Assembly: GCA_965240325.2 (NCBI GenBank) | Contig: OZ251246.1 | Location: 620,001-684,000, forward strand | Reading direction: 5' to 3' | DNA: 64,000 nucleotides | Source of the DNA: Rebecca billardiae RCC1528 | Lineage: Eukaryota; Protista; Haptophyta | Shown: positions 47,732 through 59,814 of the stretch, in pieces | Layout: each line of letters opens with the position of its first letter | Numbering within the stretch: the stretch's first letter is position 1 | The notes under the pieces: generated by a model | Databases searched by the model: none | Told to the model about the DNA's origin: nothing | Seen by the model: the letters and a program-made list of their open reading frames with translations, nothing else | Position numbers and translations under genes: made by a program

Positions 47732-48004
47732 GGCCGCCGCGGCCTCCGCTGGCTCACGCGCGATTCGCCAGGCGCGCGTGGCCTGTCTACTGGCTTGGGG
47801 CGCCGCTCCGCTGGGCTGAGGCACCGGACTTTTCTCAGACTGTTGGGCGGGTACGGTACGCACGGGTGCGCAGCGGAAAGGGAAGATCGATTGCAGATTC
47901 AAGATCCCACGCCCACGATCGAGAGGACCGCCATCGTGCATATCGTTCCCACTGGCGGGACACTCTCGCAGCTCGCTCGGCCGGCCGCGAGAGCCCACGC
48001 GAGG
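47732..48004. promoter_or_regulatory. Probable bidirectional promoter between eRF1 and the sirtuin
   Basis: Divergent ATGs only 273 bp apart; no specific motif identified. Confidence 0.5.
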
Positions 48005-50126
48005 ATGAGCGCGAAGCGGCCCCGGGAGGAGCTCTTCGACTCGCTCGGCGACGGCCTCTACGTCGAGCGCGCCGACGCCCACCGGCCCGGCTGGGACGCG
48101 CTGCCGTTCCCGGCCACGTCGGTCGGCGGCGACTTGGGCGGCGTGAGCGCGCTCGGCGGCGGCGAGAGCGCGCGGGGCGACGAGGGCGTGCTGGGCGGGG
48201 AGAGCGTGGTCGGCGGGGGGTCCGCGCACGGCGCCGCGGCGCGCGCCGCCTTCCTCGACGGCGAGGACGCCGACGAGGGCCACGCCGACGACGAGGAGAA
48301 CGGCGGCGGCTCGGCCGACGAGGACGAGTTGCTTGACGAGTTCTTCGGCGACGACGAGGACGAGGCGGAGCTGGGCGCGTGCGACCCGGAGGAGTGGATA
48401 CGGCGGCACCGCGCGGCGCACACGAGCCCGGACGAGATCCTCGCGCAGCTCGGCCTTCGCGTGCGGGTGCGCGCGCGCGCGCGTGCGTGCGCGGGGGAGC
48501 CACCACGCGTGCGCGCGCGGCCGCGCGTGCGCGTGCGCACGCGCTGAGGCGCTCGGCCCGTGCCGTGCGCGCCGCGTCCGGCCCCGCCGCCCCCGCGCCG
48601 CGCAGCACGCGGCGAGCCAGGACGAGATGTGGGAGCTCGTCGCGCAGCTCGTCGCGCAGTTCCGAGAGCGCATGCTGCCGCGCCGCCGGCTGCCCGCCTT
48701 CTCGACGATTGAGCACGCGGTCGGTCTCGTGCAGCGCGCGCGGCGGATCGTGGTGCTGTCCGGCGCGGGGATCTCGGTCTCGGCGGGGATCCCGGACTTC
48801 CGCTCGAAGCACGGCGTGTACCAGCTCGTCGAGGAGCGCTTCGACCTGCCCGACCCGCAGTCGCTCTTCGACATCCACTACTTTGTCGACGACCCGGTCC
48901 CGTTCTTCACGTTTGCAAAGAACCTCTACCCGGGTACGTACTCGCCCACGCCCGCGCACTACTTCATCCGCGCGCTGGAGCAGCGGGAGAAGCTGCTGTG
49001 CAACTACACGCAGAACATCGACACGCTCGAGAAGGTCGCGGGCATCGAGCGCAAGGTCACGTGCCACGGCTCGTTCGAGACGGCCTCGTGTCTCGCGTGC
49101 AAGCACACCGTGCCTTGCGACGAAATCCACACCGACATCGTCGCGGGGCGCGTGCCGACGTGCCCGCGGTGCACGCACGAGCTGAACATCCTGAAGCCGG
49201 ACATCGTCTTCTTCGGCGAGCCCCTCGGCGAGGGCTTCGAGCGGCACATCCAGGACGACCTGCCGCAGTGCGACCTGCTCGTCGTGATGGGCTCCTCGAT
49301 GCGCGTGCAGCCAGTCGCGACCATTCCGTCAATGCTCGCGCGTGACGTTCCCCAAATCCTCATCAACCGGGAGCTGGTGATGAGCCCGCACCAGTTCGAC
49401 GTCGAGCTGCTCGGTGCGCGCGCGGCCGCGCGTGGCGCACGGCGCCTGCGCGCGCCCGCCGCCCACCGCGCGCGCGCGCGCCTGGCGCCTGAACTCGGCG
49501 GGGTCCCGCCCGCGTGCGCGCCGCGCGCGCTGCGCGCCGCGCGGCGTCGGCGCTCGCGCGGCGGCGGCGGTACAGGCAACTGCGACGCAATCGTGCACGA
49601 GCTGTGCGATCGGTTGGGCTGGCAGCTGCCCGTCGGGCCGAGCGCCGCCGCCACATCGGCGCCGGCTGGCGGGCGCCCGTCGGCTGAGCACGTGGCCGGC
49701 GCACCGGGCGCGCCGAGCGCGGCGCCGCCGACGGGCGTGGGCAGCGGCAGCGCCGCTGGCGCGCCGGCCGCGCCGGCCGCGGCCGGCGGCTCGGCGGCGG
49801 CCCCTGGAAGGTTCGAATTCGAGCCTCCGAACCGCTACCTGTTCGAGGGCGCTGTGCGGCCTTCCATGCCGATCCCGCCCAGCCCCGCGGGCGCGGGTGC
49901 GCCCGCCGCGAGCCCGGCCGGCCCGGACCCACCAGTGCCGGAGGCGGAGGCACAGCGGGGCCAGCCCGCTGCGATGCCAGCGGCCGACGCAGCCGCAGGC
50001 GGCGGCGCGGGCGCGCTGGGCGACGCGACGGCGGCCGTCGCGCCTGCTGAGGTTGGCGTGCCCAACGCCGCCGAGGACGTCTCGCCGGTACCAGCGGCCT
50101 CCGTGCTCCTCGAAGCAGGGGTATAG
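48005..50126 (+). CDS. SIR2: Class I sirtuin (SIR2/SIRT1-like NAD-dependent deacetylase); exons ~48005-48460, 48606-49413, 49576-50126
   Basis: GAGISVSAGIPDFRS, YTQNIDTLE, CHGSF..ASC..C, C..C, KPDIVFFGE, GSSMRVQPV, INRE, LLGNCD after splicing; the first donor could be 48461 or 48467. Confidence 0.95.
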
Positions 50127-50394
50127 TGGCTCGCACGCCCGCGAGCACGGGCAACTCAGCAGCAGCCGACATGATGCGCTGCATGATGCCTTCTTCCGTG
50201 ACGCGCTTCATTCGGGAAGCGGGGAAGGCACAGGGCACGTGCGCGGCGCACGCCGTGGCACGGCTGACGGCAGCCAGCGCTGCTCGTCGCCTGCCGGCTG
50301 CACCGCCGCGCCGCTTATTCTTCATCTATATCATATTCATATCATCGTATAGTCCGGCCTGTATGCGGCCCGGGCGTGATGGCGTAAGCCGTAA

Positions 50395-52367
50395 CTAGAC
50401 CAGCATCATTGAATCGTCTTCTGCTCGGCGCCTGCGTCCGCGGCGGCCATCCCCGGGCCCATGATCAGTACTGCAGCAGAGCGGGAGGCAGAGTGACGCG
50501 CGTCGTGGTCGTGTTCCCATCAGAGTGTCGTCGTCTTCTTGCACTGCACCCTCCGACGCGCGCTCGTCGCCGCCTGTGGCAAGGTGCTGCACGCCGGCGG
50601 CCTCGAGAAGCGTGGCCCGGATCGCGCGGTTGAAGGCCTCGTACCCACCAAACCCGGCCTCGATCGTGCCCAGCAGCCGCTCCCTGTCGGCCTCGAGCTT
50701 GCAGCTCGCGCCGCCCGCGTCGAATGCGGCGATGCGTCGAGCCCAGAGCGCGCGCCCGCCCTCGGCCCTCGCCTCGCGCTCCGTGGCGACCTGCTTGATC
50801 TCCACGCGCTTCATCGAGCCGCCCATCTCGAGGAAGACGAAGAGCTCAACCACGCTGCGAGGTGCGCGCGCGCGCGCGCGCACCACGCAGCGTGAGGGGC
50901 GGGCGATGGGTGGCTGGCCGCTGCGCGCGCGCGCTGCGGTCGGGCTACTCACCACCACAGCCTGGAGAGGTACGTGCTGCCTGCGAGGATCAGGAGCTGG
51001 TTGCAGCCCGCCAGGAAGACAGGCAGGCACATCAGGTTGTCCTCGATCTGCGTCTGGTCGAGGCACACCTTGTCGATCCACAGCCGTGGCTGCCGCCCGG
51101 CGCGCCGCTGGAAGGCGGCGCACCACTCGCTCAGCTCGGTCCACTTGGCGTCGGCGTCGTCGCGCCAGCTGCAAGTGCAAGGCGCGGCGCGCGGGCCCGA
51201 CGCCCCACCACCGCCGCGCGCGGGTTGCTGGGTGCTCAGCTCGGGCCGACGCGGCACGGCCGCGTGTGTGCGCGCGCGCACACTCGCGCGCGCCGCGCGC
51301 GGCGCGTGCCTGTGCGAGACGAACGCGTCGACGCGCGCGAACGTGGCGGGCTCCGAGCGGGTGTAGAGTGCTGGGTTGGGCGTGGACTCGCGCATATCCG
51401 CGAGCGTCAGCCTGTCGAGGGTGACGCTTCGGAAGATCTCAGCAGCCTTGGCCTGCACGGCCTCGGGCGCGTGGTTGCCGAGCAGCCCGGCCACGCCCGC
51501 CGCCGCCGAGATCGCCTCGCCCCTGCTCGCCAGCCACGTCTGCATCCGCTGCCGCAGCCCGCCGTGCACGAGCAGAGGCCCGACTAGCAGAAGCTCGGCC
51601 GTGAGCGCACAGAACACGAGCCAGAAGCCGCGCTGCGGGTGGTGCGGCTCGAAGCGGTACACGCCGACGATGGCGCTGGCGAGGAGGCCGAAGAGCTGCA
51701 CCAGCCCCACCGTGACCAGCGTCCGGCCGAGGATGCGCGGCACCGGCTCGACACGCGCGCCGCCGCCGCCGCGCCCGATCGCGCTCACGAGCTGCGCAAT
51801 CTGCTTACCGTCGTACAGCGGGAAGAGCGTGCACATGAGGTGCCACGCGAGCGGGAAGGCGGCGAACCAGCACGGCATCTCGCCGAGCTGCCAGTGCACG
51901 CACGACCCCGCGCCGGCCCGCCGCGGCCTCGACATCTCGATCGCGTCCAGCACCGCCTGCCACGCGGAGATGGCGGAGAACATCAAGCACCCCGAGAACG
52001 CACCGCCGTACGCGAGCTTGAGGATGACGCCCGTGTCGGTCGGGAGCAGCGCGAAGAGGATGAAGATGGCGGCGAGTGGGCCGGGCAGGAGCAGCACGTA
52101 GTACACCACAGTCACCGCGTCGCTCCGCGCGCTGCCGGTGAGCATGTGCGCAATCATCACCACGCCGACCGCCATCACCGTGACGTTGATCAGCATCCCG
52201 AGGGCGACGAGCGGGAGCTGGACGCGGAGGCGAAAGCGCTGGCCTTCGGCGCGCGCCGTGTCGAGGCGCTCGCGCACGGACACGTCCGCCGTTGACATGC
52301 GCTTCAGTGACGCGTGGCCATCTTGCCCTCCCGCTCGGGCAACGAAGTGCTCGGAGGAGGCGGCCAT
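50395..52367 (-). CDS. Multi-TM protein with a C-terminal TIR/HET-like domain; exons 52367-51310, 51168-50953, 50854-50395
   Basis: ~6-7 TM helices, then after splicing DAFVSHSW..LWIDKVCLDQ..LPVFLAGC..YLSRLWCVVELFVF. Confidence 0.8.
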
Positions 52368-52645
52368 CGTCGCGCGCAAATTTGGTGGGCTTGGCCGGCC
52401 GGGAGTACGGGACGACGACGGAAAAAGTGAGCATGCTGCATGCAGCGCCAAAATGAGTACCGTGCCTGAATTCGTCGCGTGCGCGTTCTGGCAGAACGCG
52501 CGACACGGCCGTTATTGCGCCGTTGCTGGTGACTGGTGACCTGTCTGGTGCTGCGATGTCAGAGGCAGAGTGCGAGAATGCGTCATGTGTATATCGTGTA
52601 ACGCCATGAACTTGATGCCGTCGTTGCTCGATCATCAAATCATCC

Positions 52646-54058
52646 TCACAGCAGGCAGACTGCCCCACCAGCTGCTGCTGTCCGCCCGGCGTGGCCGGCG
52701 TCGGCGTCGCGGGCGGTGCTGATGTCTGAGTAGTCGCAGACTCGCCGTTCCGCCGGCTGCTGGCGACACGGCTCATCGATGACCGGGGCGGCGGTAGTCG
52801 TGACGACATCGATCCTCGTCGCGCGCGACTCCCTCGGCCCGTCGTGCTTGGAGTTGGGACGATGCTGGCCAGGAGCAGGCTCGACGCCGGCAGCGTGGCG
52901 GCCACGCGCGCCCGCGCGCCCGAGCGGGCCCAGCGCGACCGCGGCCATCACGCCGAGCACAGCCATAGCTGCGAGCAGCGCGATCGTGGCAGGCGCCACG
53001 GCGCCCGGCTCCGCGCCGGCACGGGCACCCGGTGGCCGTGGCCCGCGACTCGTGGATGTGGCGCTGCGCGGGTGGCTTGCTTGCGCTGGAGAGAGGGCCC
53101 GGATGAGACTGGCAAGGTCAGCACGCTCGCCGTCCGCCGGCGGCGGCGGTGACGGTGGCGGCGGCGAGGGCGGGCTCGGCGGCTGCGGTGGCAGTGGCGG
53201 CGGTGATGACGGCGGCGGCGAGGGCGAGGGCGGAGGTGGCGGGCTTGGTGGCGGTGGTGGCGGCGCCGAGGGTGGCGAACCGGGCGCGGGCGGTGGTGAG
53301 GGCGAAGGTGGCGGCGGCGGCCTCGGCGGCGGCGGCGAGGGCGAAGGTGGCGGCGGTGAGGGCAGCGGCGGCGGTGGGGGCGGCGGAAGGGGTGGCGGCG
53401 GCGGCGAGGGCGAAGGTGGCGGCGGTGGGCTCGGCGGCGGTGGCGGCGGCGGCGACGGTGGCGGGCTCGGCGGCGGTGGCGGCGAGGGCGATGGCGGCGG
53501 TGGCGAGGGCGACGGCGGCGGTGGGGAGCGGAGAGGTGACGGCAGAGTCGACAGTGCGCGCAGAGGTCGCAAGGAGGGCATGCGCAACGGCGGGTGCAAA
53601 GACGGCAGCGTGTCCGGCGGCACGCTCTTCTTGACGTCTGTCAGGCCATGCGCGCCGCCCCGGGGCCGCTCGCCGCTCACGGTCGCCCACTGCGGCATGC
53701 CGCGAGGACCCGTCTGGCTCAGCTTCGCAGACTCGACGAACGCGGGCTTGGCCGGCTCCGTGGTGCCATGCAGCGATAATTGGGCAACGTCACCCTCGGC
53801 GAGTCGCCGCACCCGCGTAGCGCCGCTCCTGTGGGCGGCAGCTGCCCCCGTCGCGAGCTGGGCAAGCAGCACCACGAGAATCAGACTTGTCCGGCCGAGC
53901 AGCAGACTCGCGCACGGCACGCGCCGAGCGGAGGCCGCGGGCGCGAGCTCCGCACAGTACCGCACGTGCCGTTCCTCCCGTGCTGGAAGCAGGCGACCAG
54001 GCCTGTCACGACGTCCGCGCCGCGCGGCATCGTCTGCCTGCTTGTTGACGGCCGGCAT
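52646..54058 (-). CDS. Ser-Pro(n) extensin/HRGP-like membrane protein, paralog 1 (most divergent)
   Basis: Hydrophobic SLILVVLLAQLATG, SPn tract, TM IALLAAMAVLGVMAAVALG, C-end AVCLL. Confidence 0.75.
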   Translation of the reverse strand: MPAVNKQADDAARRGRRDRPGRLLPAREERHVRYCAELAPAASARRVPCASLLLGRTSLILVVLLAQLATGAAAAHRSGATRVRRLAEGDVAQLSLHGTTEPAKPAFVESAKLSQTGPRGMPQWATVSGERPRGGAHGLTDVKKSVPPDTLPSLHPPLRMPSLRPLRALSTLPSPLRSPPPPSPSPPPPSPSPPPPPSPPPSPPPPPPPSPPPPPSPSPPPPPLPPPPPPPLPSPPPPSPSPPPPRPPPPPSPSPPPAPGSPPSAPPPPPPSPPPPPSPSPPPSSPPPLPPQPPSPPSPPPPSPPPPADGERADLASLIRALSPAQASHPRSATSTSRGPRPPGARAGAEPGAVAPATIALLAAMAVLGVMAAVALGPLGRAGARGRHAAGVEPAPGQHRPNSKHDGPRESRATRIDVVTTTAAPVIDEPCRQQPAERRVCDYSDISTARDADAGHAGRTAAAGGAVCLL

Positions 54059-54369
54059 CGACTTAAGCCGCCGCGAATCATCGGCGGTTCGGAAACCAGT
54101 TTTGCTTCGTCATCGGCCAGCGCGATCCCAGATCTTCAATCTCGAGATCGGGGTGACGACAACCTCCGCCGCCAAAAAGCTGAAGAGCTCGAGATCGCGG
54201 CATGCAATTACCACCACAGTCGTGTGACACTGTCACTGTGACACGGTACGTACATACTGGTCTTTCAATAGTTCCACAACTCTGACAACTCGCAAGTCCG
54301 CGACACGGCGCCGGCGCCGCCCGGGCCATTCCCGTTGGCGTTATAGTGCCTGCTACATACTGTTAGCTA

Positions 54370-54417
54370 CTCGCCTGCCTGAGCTGTGTGCGTCTCTTAT
54401 TCTTAGTAATAAACTGT
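54370..54417. repeat. Truncated copy 3 of the 99-bp dispersed repeat
   Basis: CTCGCCTGCCTGAGCTGTGTGCGTCTCTTATTCTTAGTA(AT)AAACTGT. Confidence 0.85.
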
Positions 54418-55252
54418 ATTTTTAAAAACATATTGTAATTGGGCGGCGGATTCACATATTTCTGAGCAGGGCAGGCGCGGCCCGAACTTCAACTTGCCGC
54501 CGCAAGCCTGCATTAGTACAGTAGTTACGTACAGTCCCAGTGAAGTCGATGGTCACATCACTCTTCTGTCGTCAGTCACTTCACTGACGGAGCGACTGCA
54601 GCAAGCGGCGTGCCCGCCCCGCAGTGCCAGGCCCGCTGGCCACTCACAGTCACACCCAGGTCCGCAGGAGGCGTCCCGCACGTGCCCCTCACCCTGGCAG
54701 CCCTGCGGGCGCGGCTCGGCGGGCCACCTGACCGGCCCACCTGACTGTCCTGAGTCACTGAGTGTGAGTACTGACCGGCCGCGGCCCCACGGGCTTGCAG
54801 CCGCGGCGCAGGCCGATCAGTCGGACCGGAGCCGCGCCCGTGCTGAGTCCGCCTACGAGCGGGCGCCGCCGGGTGATGTCAACGTTCTGACGTCGTAGTG
54901 AGTATAACTATAACAAGTTCAGACCTGCTGTCCGGCCAGAGCCCAGAGCAGTCCGCTTATTGACGACGAATTAAGCGAGCAGCATGATGTAGTTCGTCAC
55001 CTTCACTCGGACGACCGAGCAGACACAGCCACAATGATATATATATATCCTAAGAGTCAAGCTGGTGTGTGTGATGAACTGATGATCGACGGTCTCATGA
55101 CGACGACTATCGTCGCCATCGTCGACGACGGCGCTGCCGCTGGACCGAGCACCCACTCCGAGTCGCGATCCGACGAATTTGGCTTACGCCGGACGGTCGG
55201 TGACAGCAGCGCCGCCGTGTTCCCAGTCGAGCTGCTCCGAACGCCTCCCGGA

Positions 55253-57067
55253 TTACAGCAACCACACCGCTGACCCACCGCTGTGGCCGCCCGCCGGAGG
55301 CCCAGGCTGCTGCGGCTGATGAGCGCGAGCGTGCGGCTCGCCGGCGTCGCCACCCCGCCCGCGCTCGAGGCGGCGGTACGGGGCGGTGCCCAGTGCGTGC
55401 GCGCGGCCGAGGAGGACGAGAAGCCCCACGAGCACACCAAGCACAGCCACGGCTGCGACCAGCGCAATCGTCGGCGGCACAACGCCGGCACCCCATGGCC
55501 GCGCCAAAATCGAGGTCGCGCCGCGCGGGCGGCTTGCCTGCGCGGGCGCATGCTCCGTGACGAGACTGGCGCCGTCAAGCCCATCGGCTGAGCGGACGAA
55601 GCCGGGGCCGTTCGTCGGCGGTGGCGGCGACGGGGGCGGCGGAGGGCTCGGTGGCGGCGGGTAGGGCGGCGGCGGCGGTGATGGCGGCGGCGAGGGCGGT
55701 GGCGGCGGCGAGGGCGAGGGCGGAGGCGGTGGGCTCGGCGGTGGTGGCGAGGGCGGCGGAGGCGGCGAGGGCGGCGGCAGCGGCGGCGGCGGCGGTGAGG
55801 GCGAGGGCGGCGGCGGCGGGCTGGGCGGCGGCGGCGGCGGCGGCGAGGGTGGCGGGCTGGGCGGTGGTGGCGGCGAGGGCGATGGCGGCGGTGGCGGGCT
55901 CGGCGGCGGCGGCAAGGGCGGCGGAGGTGGGGAGGGCGGCGGGATTGGCGGCGGTGGCGGGGAGGGCGAGGGCGGCGGCGGCGGGCTTGGCGGCGGCGGT
56001 GGCGGCGGCGAGGGTGGCGGGCTGGGCGGCGGTGGCGGCGAGGGCGAGGGCGGCGGCGGTGAGCTCGGCGGCGGCGGCGAGGGCGGCGGCGGCGGTGAGG
56101 GCGGCGGCAGCGGCAGCGGCGGCGGCGAGGGCGAGGGCGGCGGCGGCGGGCTTGGTGGCGGCGGCGGCGGCGGCGAGGGTGGTGGGCTGGGCGGTGGCGG
56201 CGGCGAGGGCGAGGGTGGTGGCGGCGGTGGCGGCGAGGGCGAGGGCGGCGGCGGAGGCGAGCTTGGCGACGTTGGCGGCAAGGGTGGCGCAGGGAACTCT
56301 GGTGAGGGTGGCGCTGGCGGGCGCGGCGACGGTGGTGGCGGCGGCGGAGGCGAGGGCGAGGGCGGCGGTGGTGGCAGCGGTGGCGGAGGCGGCGGAGGCG
56401 GACTGGGCGGCGGCGGCGGCGGCGGCGGTGCTGGGCTTGGCGGCGGAGGCGGCGGCGGTGAGGGCGAATGTGGCGGTGGTGGAAGCGGTGGTGGCGGCGG
56501 CGGCGGTGAGGGCGAGGGCGGCGGCGGCGGGCTTGGTGGCGGTGGCTGCGGTGCCGGACTGGGCGGCGGCGGCGGTGCAGGGCTTGGTGGCGGAGGGGGC
56601 GGCGGCGAGGGCGAGGGTGGTGGCGGTGGCAGCGGTGGCGGTGGCTGCGGTGGCGGACTGGGCGGCGGCGGCGGTGCAGGGCTTGGTGGCGGAGGCGGCG
56701 GCGGTGATGGCGAAGGTGGTGGTGGTGGTGGTGGCAGCGGCGGCGGACTGGGCGGCGGTGGCGGTGCTGGGCTTGGTGGCGGGGGCGGCGGCGAGGGCGA
56801 GGGCGGCGGCGGTGGCAGCGGTGGCGGTGGCTGCGGTGGCGGACTGGGCGGCGGCGGCGGTGCTGGGCTTGGTGGCGGCGGCGGCGGCGGTGAGGGCGAA
56901 GGAGGCGGTGGTGGCGGCGGACTGGGCGGCGGCGGAAGCGGCGGCGACGGGACGAGTGGCAGGAGTGGCGAGGGCGATGGCAGCGGTGCCGTGGTGAGGC
57001 TCCCAGCGACGGGTGCCCCCGTCGCGAGCTGCGCGAGCAGCACGACGAGCATCAGACTTCGCGTCAT
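55253..57067 (-). CDS. Ser-Pro(n) HRGP-like membrane protein, paralog 2 (longest Pro tract; start uncertain, ORF open to 57229)
   Basis: MTRSLMLVVLLAQLATG signal-like segment, ~460-aa SPn tract, TM, C-end AVWLL. Confidence 0.75.
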   Translation of the reverse strand: MTRSLMLVVLLAQLATGAPVAGSLTTAPLPSPSPLLPLVPSPPLPPPPSPPPPPPPSPSPPPPPPPSPAPPPPPSPPPQPPPPLPPPPPSPSPPPPPPSPAPPPPPSPPPLPPPPPPPSPSPPPPPPPSPAPPPPPSPPPQPPPPLPPPPPSPSPPPPPPPSPAPPPPPSPAPQPPPPSPPPPPSPSPPPPPPPLPPPPHSPSPPPPPPPSPAPPPPPPPPSPPPPPPPPLPPPPPSPSPPPPPPPSPRPPAPPSPEFPAPPLPPTSPSSPPPPPSPSPPPPPPPSPSPPPPPSPPPSPPPPPPPSPPPPPSPSPPPLPLPPPSPPPPPSPPPPSSPPPPSPSPPPPPSPPPSPPPPPPPSPPPPPSPSPPPPPIPPPSPPPPPLPPPPSPPPPPSPSPPPPPSPPPSPPPPPPPSPPPPPSPSPPPPPLPPPSPPPPPSPPPPSPPPPPSPSPPPPPSPPPSPPPPPYPPPPSPPPPPSPPPPTNGPGFVRSADGLDGASLVTEHAPAQASRPRGATSILARPWGAGVVPPTIALVAAVAVLGVLVGLLVLLGRAHALGTAPYRRLERGRGGDAGEPHARAHQPQQPGPPAGGHSGGSAVWLL

Positions 57068-57700
57068 CGGCGTACGTGTGTGGCTGTGCGAGTGTGCGCA
57101 CCGCTTCGCCCGCGACTCTACGATACTGGTACGCACTACCATAGTTAGCTCTTGAATCTGAGACAGCAATCCTTCGCAGGGCGAGGGGACCAGGCAGGGT
57201 ACCACTTTTCGGAAGGTCGGCTTCGTCATTCGTCAACAGCCAACAGGCACTGGGTCCGGGACGGTCTTGTACCGGACGACTCGGACGAGGCCCCCCGCCC
57301 CGGGCCCGGCATCAGACCGGTGAGACCGCGATAATTCATGCGACGTCCGCGCACCGGCACTCGGCATCGCCGCATCAGGCCGCACGACTTGTTTAATATA
57401 ATAACGTGCAGAACGAATTCAGCGGCCCGAGCGCGCAGGGTCCGGCCGGCGGCCCGGCGGGCCGCGCATCACGCATGACTGGCGCCGGCGGCCGCGCCGC
57501 CGCAGGCGACTGAATGAACGGAGCGGCCGCGCCGACAGAACTCCGGTGACTGCGTAGTCACCGGTCAGGCCACGAACGGCCCAAGGGGCCAATGCCTGCA
57601 GTCCGGCAAGTCACCGCAGTGAGCGACGACGGTCAGCGAGAGCGACTCTGCCGCTCTCGAACACATCCGAGCCGCTCCCTAAGGCGTGGCAATCTCCGAA

Positions 57701-58280
57701 TCACAGCAGGCAAACCGCCGCCCCGCCATTGTGGCCGCGCTCCGGAGGCCCAGGCTGCTGCGGCTGATGAGCGCGAGCGTGCGGCTCGCCGGCGTCGCCA
57801 CCCCGCCCGCGCTCGAGGCGGCGGTACGGGGCGGTGCCCAGTGCGTGCGCGCGGCCGAGGAGGACGAGTAGCCCCGCGAGCACACCTAGCACAGCCACGG
57901 CTGCGACCAGCGCGATCGTCGGCGGCACAACGCCGGCACCCCATGGCCGCGCCAAAATCGAGGTCGCGACGCGCGGGCGGCTTGCCTGCGCGGGCGCATG
58001 CTCCGTGACGAGACTGGCGCCGTCAAGCCCATCGGCTGACGACCGGGAGCGGACGAAGCCGGGGCCGTTCGTCGGCGGTGGCGGCGACGGGGGCGGCGGA
58101 GGGCTCGGTGGCGGCGGGTATGGCGGCGGCGGCGGTGAGGGTGGTGGCTGCGGTGGTGGCGGCGGCGAGGGCGAGGGCGGAGGCGGTGGGCTTGGCGGTG
58201 GTGGCGAGGGCGGCGGAGGCGGCGAGGGCGGTGGGAGGGGTGGCGGTGGCGGCGAGGGCGAGGGCGGTGGCGGCGGGCTG

Positions 58281-58312
<32 letters not shown>

Positions 58313-58609
58313 GCTGGGCGGCGGCGGTGGCGAGGGCGAGGGCGGAGGCGGCGAGCTCGGCGGTGGTGGCGAGGGCGGAGGTGGCAGTGAGGGCGGTGGG
58401 AGGGGTGGCGGTGGCGGCGAGGGTGAGGGCGGCGGCGGCGGGCTGGGCGGCGGTGGCGGCGGCGGCGAGGGCGGCGGGCTGGGCGGCGGCGGCGGCGAGG
58501 GCGAGGGCGGAGGCGGCGAGCTTGGCGGTGGTGGCGAGGGCGGCGGCGGCAGTGAGGGCGGCGGCGTGGGCGGCGGTGGTGGCGAGGGCGAGGGCGGCGG
58601 CGGCGGGCT

Positions 58610-58640
<31 letters not shown>

Positions 58641-59251
58641 GGGTCGGGAGGCGGCGGCGGCGAGGGCGAGGGCGGCGGCGGTGGCGGCGGCGAGGGCGAG
58701 GGCGGCGGCGGCGGCGGGCTTGGAGACTTGGGCGGCGAGGGTGGCGCAGGGAACTCTGGTGAGGGTGGCGCTGGCGGGCGCGGCGATGGTGGTGGCGGCG
58801 GCGGCGGCGCCGGCGAGGGTGGCGGCGGTGGCAGCGGTGGCGGCGGCGGCGGCGGCGGACTGGGCGGCGGCGGCGGCGGCGGCGGTGCTGGGCTTGGCGG
58901 CGGAGGCGGCAGCGGTGAGGGCGAAGGTGGCGGTGGTGGCAGCGGACTGGGGGGCGGCGGAAGCGGCGGCGACGGGACGAGTGGCGGGGGTGGCGAGGGC
59001 GATGACAGCGGTGCCGTGGCGAGGCTCCCAGCGGCGGGAGCCCCCGTCGTGAGCTGGGCGAGCAGCACCACGAGCATCAGACTTGTGCGGCTGAGCAGCA
59101 GACCCGCGCACGGCGCGCGCCGAGCGGAGGCCGCGGGCGCGAGCTCGGCACAGTGCTGTCCGTGCCGTGCCTCCCGTGCTGACAACAGGCGTCCAAGTCC
59201 TACGGGAAGCCGTGCTCGCCCATCGCCTGCCTCGTGACAGGCGACCGACAT
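57701..59251 (-). CDS. Ser-Pro(n) HRGP-like membrane protein, paralog 3
   Basis: MSVACHEA... N-terminus shared with paralog 4; SPn tract; TM; C-end AVCLL. Confidence 0.78.
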
Positions 59252-59814
59252 CGCCCAGGTGCGATCGCGCGTGGTCCGATCGGGCGTGTTTGCGCGTCGC
59301 GACCTCAATCCCGCCTTGATCACGGCCGCGCGCGCGCCTTGACCTGGATGCACCTCACCCGCACCGAAGGGCGACCAGTTTTCATCCGGACGCCGCCGGA
59401 CGAACCCACCACGCCCGCCTGGTCGGCAGCACGGTGCCGCGGAATCACGCGGTCTCTCGGGCCGACCACTCGCCCTCGAACGACCCGAGTCCCGAGCCGG
59501 CCCGTGAGCCGGCGCGGTTGAGGCCGGCTGCTCGCGGAACGGCGCCAGTGCAGAGATGGCATTGCCACAGTTTTAGACCCGAACTCGCGGCAGCAGAGCG
59601 GTACGGAGCCTCACGGCGGAGTCACGCGGCCCGTGTCCGCGATGCTACGGTTACTGTGATTTATAATAAATATGTGAACTTTGTCTATTAGCTACTCGGT
59701 CACTGGTACTAATCACTCACTCACACCCGTGCGCATGGCACAGAGTGACACTGACAGCGGTAAAACTACCGCCTCTAATAAAACCATCACTCCCAGCCCC
59801 AGACCGCCCACTCT

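Noticed and set aside
48005-52367. Thoeris-like SIR2 + TIR pair
   Set aside because: The sirtuin is a canonical intron-containing class I deacetylase with Zn-binding cysteines and no SLOG or macro domain; the genes are convergent and adjacency is probably chance
52646-52665. CaaX prenylation motif at AVCLL
   Set aside because: The Cys is third from the end rather than fourth, and paralog 2 has Trp there
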